Source of the DNA: Escherichia coli | GTDB taxonomy: Bacteria; Pseudomonadota; Gammaproteobacteria; Enterobacterales; Enterobacteriaceae | Assembly (NCBI GenBank): GCA_002099625.1 | Contig: GCA_002099625.1_4857.1 | Length of the DNA stretch: 64,000 nt | Reading direction: 5' to 3' (one strand) | Part shown: positions 55,870 to 64,000 of the stretch, one piece after another | Layout of the letters: each line of letters begins with the position of its first letter | Numbering within the stretch: position 1 is the stretch's first letter | Notes under the pieces: model-generated | Seen by the model: only the letters and a program-made list of their open reading frames with translations | The model's database searches: none | Told to the model about the DNA's origin: nothing | Translations under genes and position numbers: made by a program

Positions 55870-57363
55870 TTATTTCTTCTTAGTCAAGAACTTAGGTTCC
55901 AGACCATCCACGGCCATCGCCAGTAATGACATTGCTGTTAAGCAACGCTTACCACCTTTGACTTCCTGATCCTTGAACATCCAGTATTCCACTGTATTGT
56001 CCAGAATTTCATTCCAGTCCCACTTTTCGTCGATAACTTTATAAAGCTCCGCCGGTGAGAGATGGTACTTCATTTCCAGTCGGTGGTAGTTATTCTGCAT
56101 GTACGCTAGTGCGGCGGTGATTTCCAACGCACGGCGCAAACGCGGGTTGCTGTCACACATGTCGCGAATCGTGGTACGCATGAAAGATGTACCAGGTAGC
56201 AAATCGAGGGTATAGTTAGCACCACTACGTTTGTAGCCCCATTCATCTTTCAGTGTGTCGCTCAGGTAATGCCACAGAGAGAGGTGATAAAGCAGACCCA
56301 TCTCCTGCGAGAAGACCATTTTGAACTTAACGCCTGTGTGACCACCCTTCGCACGGTACTGCGTGAAAACAATTTCTTTCAGGTCGTTCACCGAAGCATT
56401 CATTGCTTTCGAACGCGCAGTCGGGTATTTCTCTTCGTTTACACCGGTCTTCGCGTTGTAAGTCTGATCCTGCTTCAACTCACCAGACTTGGTTGCAACC
56501 AGCAGGGAGTTAGTTAAGAACGACAACTGACGGCGCGGGATACCCGCAAACTTCAGATCATCGCCTGCATCGTCCAACAGTTTACCGTTCGCCTTCGGTC
56601 CACCACGGCCACCTGCCGCCATTGCTTTACCCGCATCGTCGGCCAACTGAGCAACGAAGCCCATATAGAAACCACCACGCGCAAACGCAGACGGCCAACG
56701 GCTCATCATGTTCGATTTCTGCAGCGCATCGTGGGCGTTCAGGATGTTCTGTTCAGAATCACCGACCTCTGATTTGGCGTGTTTCTCTTCCAGGGAAGAG
56801 GTGTGCCATTCGGACAGGGAGTCAATCGAGTACAACCACGGGTCGAGAATCTTTTTCGCAGAGCGACGGATTGGGTCCGGGAACGGTGTTTCACGTGCCT
56901 TACCAGCCATATACTCTTTGAAACGTTTTTCGACTTCGTCACGGATATAAGCAGAGTAATACTCCTCACCCGCCATGATATCCGAGCCAACCATGTTGTA
57001 ACGACCTTCGTGGATCAGGTCCAGCACGCCGCCTGTTGGCGATACTTCTAATCCGTTTGCTTTCGCTGCGGAAATGTACCCCGTTTCCAGACGACTTAAT
57101 GCTGCCGTAACTTCGGTATCGTATTTCGATCCCCAGGCTGCATTATAACGTTGCAGAATCATGAAAATACAGAAGTCCAATAAGGTAGACTTAAAGGTAT
57201 TACCACGACCTGCGAAGCCCATGATGTGGGCAAAACCACCGTTGAGGTAGTACAAACCATCTTCCCCGCGCTCGTAGTTACCGAGAGCGTGGTCCATGAT
57301 GGTATATACGTTAAAACGAGGGCGAATCACTTCACCCATGACTTGTTTAGCTGGACCTGCCAT
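55870..57363 (-). CDS. Hypothetical protein (497 aa), degenerate P-loop-like segment
   Basis: Codon usage suggests high expression; GFAGRGNTFKST is one residue off a canonical Walker A, so no function is assigned. Confidence 0.6.
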   Translation of the reverse strand: MAGPAKQVMGEVIRPRFNVYTIMDHALGNYERGEDGLYYLNGGFAHIMGFAGRGNTFKSTLLDFCIFMILQRYNAAWGSKYDTEVTAALSRLETGYISAAKANGLEVSPTGGVLDLIHEGRYNMVGSDIMAGEEYYSAYIRDEVEKRFKEYMAGKARETPFPDPIRRSAKKILDPWLYSIDSLSEWHTSSLEEKHAKSEVGDSEQNILNAHDALQKSNMMSRWPSAFARGGFYMGFVAQLADDAGKAMAAGGRGGPKANGKLLDDAGDDLKFAGIPRRQLSFLTNSLLVATKSGELKQDQTYNAKTGVNEEKYPTARSKAMNASVNDLKEIVFTQYRAKGGHTGVKFKMVFSQEMGLLYHLSLWHYLSDTLKDEWGYKRSGANYTLDLLPGTSFMRTTIRDMCDSNPRLRRALEITAALAYMQNNYHRLEMKYHLSPAELYKVIDEKWDWNEILDNTVEYWMFKDQEVKGGKRCLTAMSLLAMAVDGLEPKFLTKKK

Positions 57364-57378
57364 TTAGCGCTCCGTCAA

Positions 57379-57678
57379 TTAGCGTTTTTTCAGTGGGAGT
57401 AACAGACGACGTTTATGCCAAACTTCGAAATGCACTTCTGCCCACTCGGTGACTTGGTTGTCATCCTTAGGATTGATGTTAGAAATGCTTTTGAAGCGGT
57501 TACGGTTACGTTCGTCGATTTCGATTTCCAGAACGCGTTGACCATCAGCACGTGTGGTCACGTTCAGGATTTTACCAACCACGATCGGACTACCATCGGT
57601 ATTCTTCTTCGTCGGGGTGGTGTAAATCTCAGGTTCGATACGAGAGGTTAAAGCGCGAGTCAGTAATTTGATTCTCAT
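57379..57678 (-). CDS. Hypothetical protein (99 aa)
   Basis: ORF in block. Confidence 0.5.
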   Translation of the reverse strand: MRIKLLTRALTSRIEPEIYTTPTKKNTDGSPIVVGKILNVTTRADGQRVLEIEIDERNRNRFKSISNINPKDDNQVTEWAEVHFEVWHKRRLLLPLKKR

Positions 57679-57776
57679 CAGATGTTACCTTTTTGCAGTT
57701 CTCGTACATAAGGTTTGGGTGATACGTAAAAGACTTACTATGTAGCCCAATCCCTTATATATTCGAGGTTGATAGA

Positions 57777-58532
57777 ATGAATGTTAATCCACTTGCAGCG
57801 TTGTCGGGCTTTGTTGCCAAAGCATCCACGATTCTGCCTAAAGCCTTTAGCGGCTCTCAACAGGAACTCGCGCTGACCACCTATGACGACATGTCTGATG
57901 TGTCCAAGTGGATGCAGCAAGAGAAGTTTTTAAACTTTACCGGAATGCTTGTACCCGTACCACCGGGCTTCAACACGTATGTGATGGACCACATAGAACG
58001 GTTGGAATCTGTATGGGCTGTGCTCCAGAAGATTCAGGAAGGGGTTTTAAGTCCCATCGACAAACGTTTCGGCGCGATGACACACGACCTGGGCATGTTA
58101 ACTCTGCCGATTGGGTTTAAGTTCAAAGACCTGAACTATCCACTGAAAAACATCAATCCGAAAGACCTGGTTGAAAAACTGGCGAAGTCGTACACCAACA
58201 ATGTGATCGACCAGCGTGCGATTGAAAAGACCTACCACAGTGCAGGTGAGATTGACGTTGCGTTTAATCGTGCCAAAGCGCTGAACCTGGAAGTGACTAA
58301 GAAACTCCAGAAAGGTATTGACCGTACAGTTGAAAGCATCAACGTCTCTGTAGACATTATCTCTAATTCACAAGTCCATCCTAATGTGGCGGCAGAGTTA
58401 GTGAAAATGGCTGACATGGGTGCTGACTGGGTTGAGCTGTTCGGACTGTTTATGAAACAGATTAATGAACTGACAGAATGCCTGAACGTAACCGGTGATC
58501 GCCTCAAGACCCTGAAAGCAAACAAAAAATAA
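57777..58532 (+). CDS. Hypothetical protein (251 aa)
   Basis: GAGG ribosome-binding site; ends at a strong terminator. Confidence 0.6.
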   Translation: MNVNPLAALSGFVAKASTILPKAFSGSQQELALTTYDDMSDVSKWMQQEKFLNFTGMLVPVPPGFNTYVMDHIERLESVWAVLQKIQEGVLSPIDKRFGAMTHDLGMLTLPIGFKFKDLNYPLKNINPKDLVEKLAKSYTNNVIDQRAIEKTYHSAGEIDVAFNRAKALNLEVTKKLQKGIDRTVESINVSVDIISNSQVHPNVAAELVKMADMGADWVELFGLFMKQINELTECLNVTGDRLKTLKANKK

Positions 58533-58543
58533 AAAGTAAGCAG

Positions 58544-58584
58544 TACCCACTCCCCTTACGGGAGTGGGTAGGCTTTATTTTATT
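58544..58584. terminator. Rho-independent terminator (plus strand, partly bidirectional)
   Basis: Hairpin acccactccc-cttac-gggagtgggt followed by T-rich run 58573-58584. Confidence 0.6.
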
Positions 58585-58594
58585 TCGGACCGAT

Positions 58595-59137
58595 TTAGAA
58601 TTTACTGATAGCAAGAGGCTGCATTGGCTCGACCACAATCAGTATTTCTTTCAGACGTGAAACGATATGCTCCCAGACCTGTGCTTCGAGGTGACGTAGC
58701 ATGGTGGTGAACTCACCCATGTACATCTCTTTATACTCGTCGCGGTTGAGATGTTCCCACGCTTCTTTCAATGGGCCTGCTTCCGGTCCAGACATCTTAA
58801 TCATCATTTCGATGTCCTTCATTTCATCAAACGCTTTACCGACCTTATCAATAACCTCATCGGTCTTGAGTTCGAGTGAGAAGCGACCCATCTTAGACTG
58901 CAGGAAGCCGTCTTCAATGTCTTCGTCGTTGTATTCGAAACACGCAATACGTTGCGCGAGTTGATGAACTTCATTTACCGCGATATTGACGTACGCCGCA
59001 GAGATAAGTCCAGCGAGGTGTTGACGATCGATATTCTTCGGTATCAGATAGTCTTCACACTTACGCTTAAACTCGAACAACGCCGCTGGAAATATTTCAC
59101 GAAATTCGTCATCGAGTAAATCAATGAATATTTTCAT
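58595..59137 (-). CDS. Hypothetical protein (180 aa)
   Basis: ATGA start/stop overlap with the upstream gene. Confidence 0.55.
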   Translation of the reverse strand: MKIFIDLLDDEFREIFPAALFEFKRKCEDYLIPKNIDRQHLAGLISAAYVNIAVNEVHQLAQRIACFEYNDEDIEDGFLQSKMGRFSLELKTDEVIDKVGKAFDEMKDIEMMIKMSGPEAGPLKEAWEHLNRDEYKEMYMGEFTTMLRHLEAQVWEHIVSRLKEILIVVEPMQPLAISKF

Positions 59138-59673
59138 TCAACAGGTTTCCCATATTTCTCGCCGAGATACAGCAGTTCGCGACGACAGATAGCCAGCACC
59201 TTCATCTCCGCCTCACGATACAGCTTGGTGATTTTGTCAATGATTGGCTGGTCAACGATATCGGACCATGTTACCGTATCCGTAACGTTCGACGTTTGCC
59301 CGTTAATGACCACAGCAACATATGTCTCGCCCAGGTTCTCTTGATGTAACCCCGCCAGAGATTCACCAACCTTATCAAAGGCTTCACTCAATAAGTCGGT
59401 GATTTGGTCCGTCCCTTCTACCAGTTCAAAACGATGGGGATAGTTCAGAATGTTACGCAGCCGCGTGAACATACGTTCAATAAGCTGATTTACCATATCC
59501 CCAGTGTCACAGATAGCCACATCTACACCCGAACCTATTTCGTCAGACAAACGATTTTCGTGGACGGCCAACGCATCGTGAAGTTCAAATTCCACGTCTC
59601 GTTTTAATCCTAACAGAATTTCATCTAGCTGACGTCTCGACTCCGACAGAGCGAAGTCAATTACGATTTGCAT
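59134..59673 (-). CDS. Hypothetical protein (179 aa)
   Basis: AAGGAG ribosome-binding site before ATG at 59673. Confidence 0.6.
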   Translation of the reverse strand: MQIVIDFALSESRRQLDEILLGLKRDVEFELHDALAVHENRLSDEIGSGVDVAICDTGDMVNQLIERMFTRLRNILNYPHRFELVEGTDQITDLLSEAFDKVGESLAGLHQENLGETYVAVVINGQTSNVTDTVTWSDIVDQPIIDKITKLYREAEMKVLAICRRELLYLGEKYGKPVE

Positions 59674-59683
59674 CTAATGCTCC

Positions 59684-60091
59684 TTAAAAGTTACTTACCT
59701 CGGGCTGCGTATACCAGTATCTGCACGCTACGAGATCCACAACGTTATATTTCAGTTGTCCACCGTGCTGTGACGTGTCTGCCAATTCATGCGCAAGCTT
59801 GTACGCCAAGTCTTCACGGTTGTCGAGGATAAGCAACACAACACGCTGCACCTCATTAAAGATATCCGGTTCACGTAAACAACTGTAGCGCTCGCTAAGA
59901 TGCTTAATAACGCCTTTATAAACATCTCCTGGTACAGCAGTGCCATTTTCTGCTACGTGGAATGAAACAAGCACGATTTTAATTAAAATCTCGACAACCA
60001 TGGAGTATATCATTCCACGGTTGCCGTTAATTTCCACATGCTTTAGATACTCTTGCAAGTCCATCAATGACTCGCTATACACCTTTAACAT
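59684..60091 (-). CDS. Hypothetical protein (135 aa from MLKVYSESL)
   Basis: ORF 59684..60157; GAGGTGG ribosome-binding site precedes ATG at 60091, removing the overlap with the upstream gene. Confidence 0.55.
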   Translation of the reverse strand: MLKVYSESLMDLQEYLKHVEINGNRGMIYSMVVEILIKIVLVSFHVAENGTAVPGDVYKGVIKHLSERYSCLREPDIFNEVQRVVLLILDNREDLAYKLAHELADTSQHGGQLKYNVVDLVACRYWYTQPEVSNF

Positions 60092-60102
60092 AGCGACCAC
60101 CT

Positions 60103-60480
60103 CTAGTTGGTTGCCGGCCACACCCCTGGCGATGGGATTGCATCGTATCCACGCCATTTCTTAATCACGACAAGGTTCGAGCCTGGAAGACCATCTAAAT
60201 CAAAACCAACAGTAGCAACGACATCAACTTCAGCATCCAGCGATACCTGATCGCGACCCTGTGTTCTGAAATGTGCAAGAGACACCAGTTTACCGCCAGT
60301 AATCGCAGTATCGCGAATAAGACGTGCCATATTGCGCATCTCTACTGTCACTTCTCCACGAATAGCGACACTCAGCGTTGCTTTATTTAACCAGGCTTCT
60401 TGTCCCGGTTCGACAATATAGAGAATCACACCTTCTTTGTAATACTGTTTTACCATCGTTTCAAATTCGTCTTGCGTCAT
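60103..60480 (-). CDS. Hypothetical protein (125 aa)
   Basis: ORF in block. Confidence 0.55.
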   Translation of the reverse strand: MTQDEFETMVKQYYKEGVILYIVEPGQEAWLNKATLSVAIRGEVTVEMRNMARLIRDTAITGGKLVSLAHFRTQGRDQVSLDAEVDVVATVGFDLDGLPGSNLVVIKKWRGYDAIPSPGVWPATN

Positions 60481-60493
60481 TTTAAATACTCCT

Positions 60494-61228
60494 TCAGTAG
60501 TTTAGTTTCTCAGCGACTTCTTTACGGATGCGACACATCACCACCATCGCACCATTCGGAATTTGGCTCACGCAGTTATCCGTGTAAAACTTACCTCCAC
60601 ACAGATAAAAGTCCAGACACATGGCATCGGTCAGCTCGTGCCACAGGGTGCCGAAACCATACTGCCAAGGACCGGAATGAATGACATCGTAATCGCCTTC
60701 AGTTATGCCAAATGCGGCAGTAGCGGAAGACCACAATGTTGAGGAGGTGGTATAAGTGTCATACCAGTAACCGAGCAGACGATGGTTACGACGTATCTCA
60801 GCTAACCGCTCGTACATTGGGATGAATACATCTTCCACCTGCGTGACAAAATCAGCCAGCATCAACTTTTCCGTGAACCACTCGATCCACGCAAAGATTT
60901 GTTCTTCAACGTCTTGTTGGCTTAACCCCGTGGCAGTAATGCCTTCTTCGTAGGTGTAACCTTCGTAGACGTCAACAACATTAATCTCTACATGTTCTAG
61001 CGTGAACAACCGTTCGGTGTTGATGCAGTCGTACATCTCTTGTAACCACGCAGTGAAGACTTCTATACAGACGTTGATGGCTGTGTACTTGAATTCATCG
61101 CGCAGTGGATACCACTGTGGGTTATCCTTTAGTTCGTTCTTCGCGAACGCGGGCCAATGCTTTTCGAACAACGCTTCAAAGAACTGGGGCGTGAGGTTTA
61201 AAAGCACTGGCACTTCGACTTTAAGCAT
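60494..61228 (-). CDS. Hypothetical protein (244 aa)
   Basis: AAGGAG upstream of ATG at 61228; recurring motif about 35 bp upstream. Confidence 0.6.
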   Translation of the reverse strand: MLKVEVPVLLNLTPQFFEALFEKHWPAFAKNELKDNPQWYPLRDEFKYTAINVCIEVFTAWLQEMYDCINTERLFTLEHVEINVVDVYEGYTYEEGITATGLSQQDVEEQIFAWIEWFTEKLMLADFVTQVEDVFIPMYERLAEIRRNHRLLGYWYDTYTTSSTLWSSATAAFGITEGDYDVIHSGPWQYGFGTLWHELTDAMCLDFYLCGGKFYTDNCVSQIPNGAMVVMCRIRKEVAEKLNY

Positions 61229-61261
61229 CGTGAATAAATTCTCCTTAAGGTTACGTCCCTG

Positions 61262-61280
61262 TAGATAATATCTATCTCAG
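61262..61280. promoter_or_regulatory. Copy 4 of recurring near-palindromic motif (tagataatatctatctcag)
   Basis: Intergenic between minus-strand genes, upstream of the start at 61228. Confidence 0.5.
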
Positions 61281-61281
61281 A

Positions 61282-62022
61282 TTACTTTAAGAGATGCAAG
61301 AAGCGTGCTGCCTGTTCTGTAAAGTGAAAATACTCGATGGTATCAGGTTCGTCCGAGTGAATGTCATCCGGGTCCAGCAGGTAGCCCGAGATATCATCCG
61401 TTAAAACCCAAGCGTCTCCCTGCAGGAAAATACCCATCGGTTTTTCTACCACGGACATCACCAAGTCGGAATAAGAGTTACCTTCTGCTACCTTTACAAT
61501 GTCTTCACACGGGTCAACAATATACAGGTTGCAGAGACTACGATCTTTAAGACTGCGATGAAACATCGCTCGATCGTACCAAATAACCTGAGAACAATTA
61601 TCTTCGTCACCCGCCACATCGACCAACTCTGTCCAGAAACGATGTAAGAACCAGTTCAACGCACCGGTTATTAGCTCGTTCGGTTTCAGCATTCTAACGT
61701 GTTCGTCGTACAACTCTTCCATTGTCCAGATTCGACAATGCTCACGATCGATTGTCGGTAGCGGAGGTATTTGCGGCGGGACTTGTTTAGGCATCGGTTC
61801 ATCACATCTTGCGTTGTAACGCGCAATTGTTTCGGTAACCAGCTCTGCCACAACATCACAAGCCGCTTCAAATCCCCACTTGTACAACACGTCGTAATCT
61901 TCCATGGGCGCAGCACCAAACTCACGGTTCGTTGCCATCCACGACATCCATCCGTATTGCTCCACACAGTTAATCAGACTTTGTGTGTGGAGCGTGAGCG
62001 ATTCACTCACGACTCGCAACAT
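61282..62022 (-). CDS. Hypothetical protein (246 aa from MLRVVSESL)
   Basis: ORF 61282..62082; GAAGAGGTG ribosome-binding site precedes ATG at 62022, one nt after the upstream TAA stop. Confidence 0.55.
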   Translation of the reverse strand: MLRVVSESLTLHTQSLINCVEQYGWMSWMATNREFGAAPMEDYDVLYKWGFEAACDVVAELVTETIARYNARCDEPMPKQVPPQIPPLPTIDREHCRIWTMEELYDEHVRMLKPNELITGALNWFLHRFWTELVDVAGDEDNCSQVIWYDRAMFHRSLKDRSLCNLYIVDPCEDIVKVAEGNSYSDLVMSVVEKPMGIFLQGDAWVLTDDISGYLLDPDDIHSDEPDTIEYFHFTEQAARFLHLLK

Positions 62023-62023
62023 G

Positions 62024-63538
62024 TTACACCTCTTCTTCTCGCAGTATGCGACGGTTTGCGTAATACGCACACCACAACCCATGATACTCTTTACCGATAT
62101 AGATTAAGAAGTAACGGATGTAGTATTTTTCAGGACGACACACCGCGATGTAATAACGGCCTTCGGGTTCTTTAATACGGTTGATTTCCGTACGCGATGG
62201 AATATCGATACCGCGAGTCAAAATAACCGAGACAGGTCGTTTACCCATCGGAAAGTCAATCTTTAACGTTATTGACTTATCGACGCTACGGTAGTATTCC
62301 TTAACAGGCTTACCTTTGTCATCGAACAACAAGTCAGTAATATCATTTAAGACATAACCCTTTTCCTGATGCAGAACATCTCTCAACGTTGTAGCGAGTT
62401 CGTCACGAATATCCAGCGCACGGTACGACAATAAGGGCGGGCGAAGCATTCTGGAGATGGCCAGGTCTTCAAAGAACCAGACATTGGAATCTTCTCCACT
62501 GAAATGCATCTTGTCTGCCGGTAATCCATCACCTGCCACGTCAACGAACTTCTTACGTTTAACGAACTCATTGTTAACAACACCGATTGGATCATACTGC
62601 CGCATCTTCGGTGTATCTTTCCATGCCAGGGCGGCGTGGTTGTTTACAATCGTGTAGATGTTATCCCACGGTTGTTTAGTGAACATTACGGAAAAGTGTG
62701 CATCAGGAATCATTTTCCCAATAAACACCAAGTCGTCCTTGTTCTTTGCATGGTTGCCACCAAACATGTAATAGAAAGTTTCATCTTTCACTTTTACAGT
62801 AGGATGGTCCTCGTTCACCAACGGATAGCAATATTTAACCGTACAAATCGGCGGATATGCCGCAAGGTTCATCCCAGCGGCGATGGGCTCGGGTTCCGCG
62901 GATGCAGGCAACTCATCCTTCGACCAGTACGGCTGATATGGAACGCCGTCGTTGGTCGCTGTGATGGCTGAACCTTTTCTAGCCAATTCGTCCGCCCGGT
63001 CGTTACCGTAGTGGCCGGAGTGTCCTTTGATTTTGATAACCTTAACACCCCGTCCTTCTTTTTTCATCTGCTGTTTGATTTCCCAGATACGAACAATAAG
63101 TTCTTTGTTCGCCAGCGGAGTACCGTCAGCACGAACCCAACCACGTTTATGCCAGCCGTCTATCCACTCGTTAAAAGTGTTTACAACGTAACTGGCATCC
63201 ACGTAGATGATATAGTTCTTCGCGCGGAAGGGCGCGTTCTCAAACAACGTGATGAAGGCGATTAACTCGCCCACATCTGAGTAGAACTCTTTCGGAACGG
63301 GAATAACGGCGTCGACAAATTGAACGGTGTCCGGCAACTCCGGACACTTCACATCCTGCGGCACTTTTTTGTATCCAACAGTGGTAATCCGTTCTGAAAC
63401 ACCCGGATGGCTATAAGCCTGACTGTCTTCCAAATCTCCGTTGTTGAATAAATAACCATGAATACCAGCCCCCGAACCTTTCGGGGACTCAGTATGACTA
63501 CCATCGGTATAAATAACCGCTACGTCGACGTCTTTCAT
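62024..63538 (-). CDS. RNase HI domain protein with about 290-aa C-terminal extension (504 aa)
   Basis: N-terminal VAVIYTDGS...GAGIHGY and YIIYVDASYVVNTFNEWIDGWHKRGWVRADG...KGHSGHYGNDRADELARKG parallel E. coli RNase HI (TDGS; STDSQYV..WKKRGWKTAD; KGHAGHPENERCDELAR); C-terminal half has no recognised motif. Confidence 0.7.
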   Translation of the reverse strand: MKDVDVAVIYTDGSHTESPKGSGAGIHGYLFNNGDLEDSQAYSHPGVSERITTVGYKKVPQDVKCPELPDTVQFVDAVIPVPKEFYSDVGELIAFITLFENAPFRAKNYIIYVDASYVVNTFNEWIDGWHKRGWVRADGTPLANKELIVRIWEIKQQMKKEGRGVKVIKIKGHSGHYGNDRADELARKGSAITATNDGVPYQPYWSKDELPASAEPEPIAAGMNLAAYPPICTVKYCYPLVNEDHPTVKVKDETFYYMFGGNHAKNKDDLVFIGKMIPDAHFSVMFTKQPWDNIYTIVNNHAALAWKDTPKMRQYDPIGVVNNEFVKRKKFVDVAGDGLPADKMHFSGEDSNVWFFEDLAISRMLRPPLLSYRALDIRDELATTLRDVLHQEKGYVLNDITDLLFDDKGKPVKEYYRSVDKSITLKIDFPMGKRPVSVILTRGIDIPSRTEINRIKEPEGRYYIAVCRPEKYYIRYFLIYIGKEYHGLWCAYYANRRILREEEV

Positions 63539-64000
63539 TATTCTCCTCGCAACTGCGGTGGAACGTATTCACCTGTGCACATTTCGCGGTGGGCTTCTAA
63601 CATGCGTTCGAAGCCGTACGTACGCGCGACCAGGGCCAAATGATAGATGCGTGCCGTAGAATACGCTTCCTTCGCAGCATCAAAGCTAGCGTTATGCTCG
63701 TACGCTTCTTTGCCACGGGTCCAATGGTGCGCTTCTGCGTGCCAGTTCGGTTCCAGGCCAAACGCATATGCAATACGTTCTGCAGTCCGGTCAGAGTCCA
63801 ATATAGAAAACTTGCGGTACTTGCCCGGCGGGATATCGCACTGCGCGAATGCGTTCATCAGAATTGGAGCATCGAAATCGGGACCGCGCATGGTGATAAC
63901 CATTTTCACGTTGCCCAGATCATCCAACCATTTTTTGGCCGCCCACAGTGCTTCTGGCAGTGGAGTGGTCCCAGAAAACGCTTCAATACGTGCTTTCTCG
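63538..64000 (-). CDS. DEDDh-type 3'-5' exonuclease-like protein, C-terminal part (start lies beyond window edge)
   Basis: Reading frame stays open to nt 64000 (track start at 63927 is a TTG); motif EHNASFDAAKEAY resembles exonuclease motif III (H-x4-D). Confidence 0.4.
   Translation of the reverse strand, partial: EKARIEAFSGTTPLPEALWAAKKWLDDLGNVKMVITMRGPDFDAPILMNAFAQCDIPPGKYRKFSILDSDRTAERIAYAFGLEPNWHAEAHHWTRGKEAYEHNASFDAAKEAYSTARIYHLALVARTYGFERMLEAHREMCTGEYVPPQLRGE

Noticed and set aside
1-64000. Prophage, integrative or mobile element signatures (integrase, transposase, att sites, rRNA)
   Set aside because: No tyrosine or serine recombinase or transposase motifs recognised in any ORF; the tRNA genes are phage-type clustered tRNAs rather than obvious integration targets.

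Overview
This 64-kb window reads as part of a double-stranded DNA phage genome, most consistent with a phiKZ-like jumbo phage of an enterobacterial host (GC about 50%). All homology calls are from reading motifs by eye; no database search was run. Genes are densely packed, mostly on the minus strand, and blocks are separated by GC-hairpin plus U-tract terminators. Recognisable products: terminase large subunit; a putative tail sheath/tube pair; two multisubunit RNA-polymerase-like subunits (beta-like 1401 aa, beta-prime N-terminal-like 537 aa with a DYDGD motif) abutting head-to-head a 2373-aa virion protein with transmembrane segments and a lytic transglycosylase domain; an E. coli-like thymidylate synthase with two insertions; an HD phosphohydrolase; a HAD nucleotidase; an RNase HI fusion protein; a partial DEDDh-type exonuclease; and a free-standing HslV/proteasome-like hydrolase. 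The first 5.5 kb is an RNA-rich island with tRNA-Asn, tRNA-Trp, two atypical tRNA-like genes, structured non-coding stretches and a roughly 170-bp AT-rich palindrome with GC clamps. A near-palindromic 19-bp motif recurs four times upstream of gene starts and is the best candidate for a phage promoter. The most unusual candidates are that AT-rich palindrome locus, the atypical tRNA-like genes with the orphan HslV-like gene, and the recurring motif. No CRISPR array, rRNA, integrase or transposase was found.
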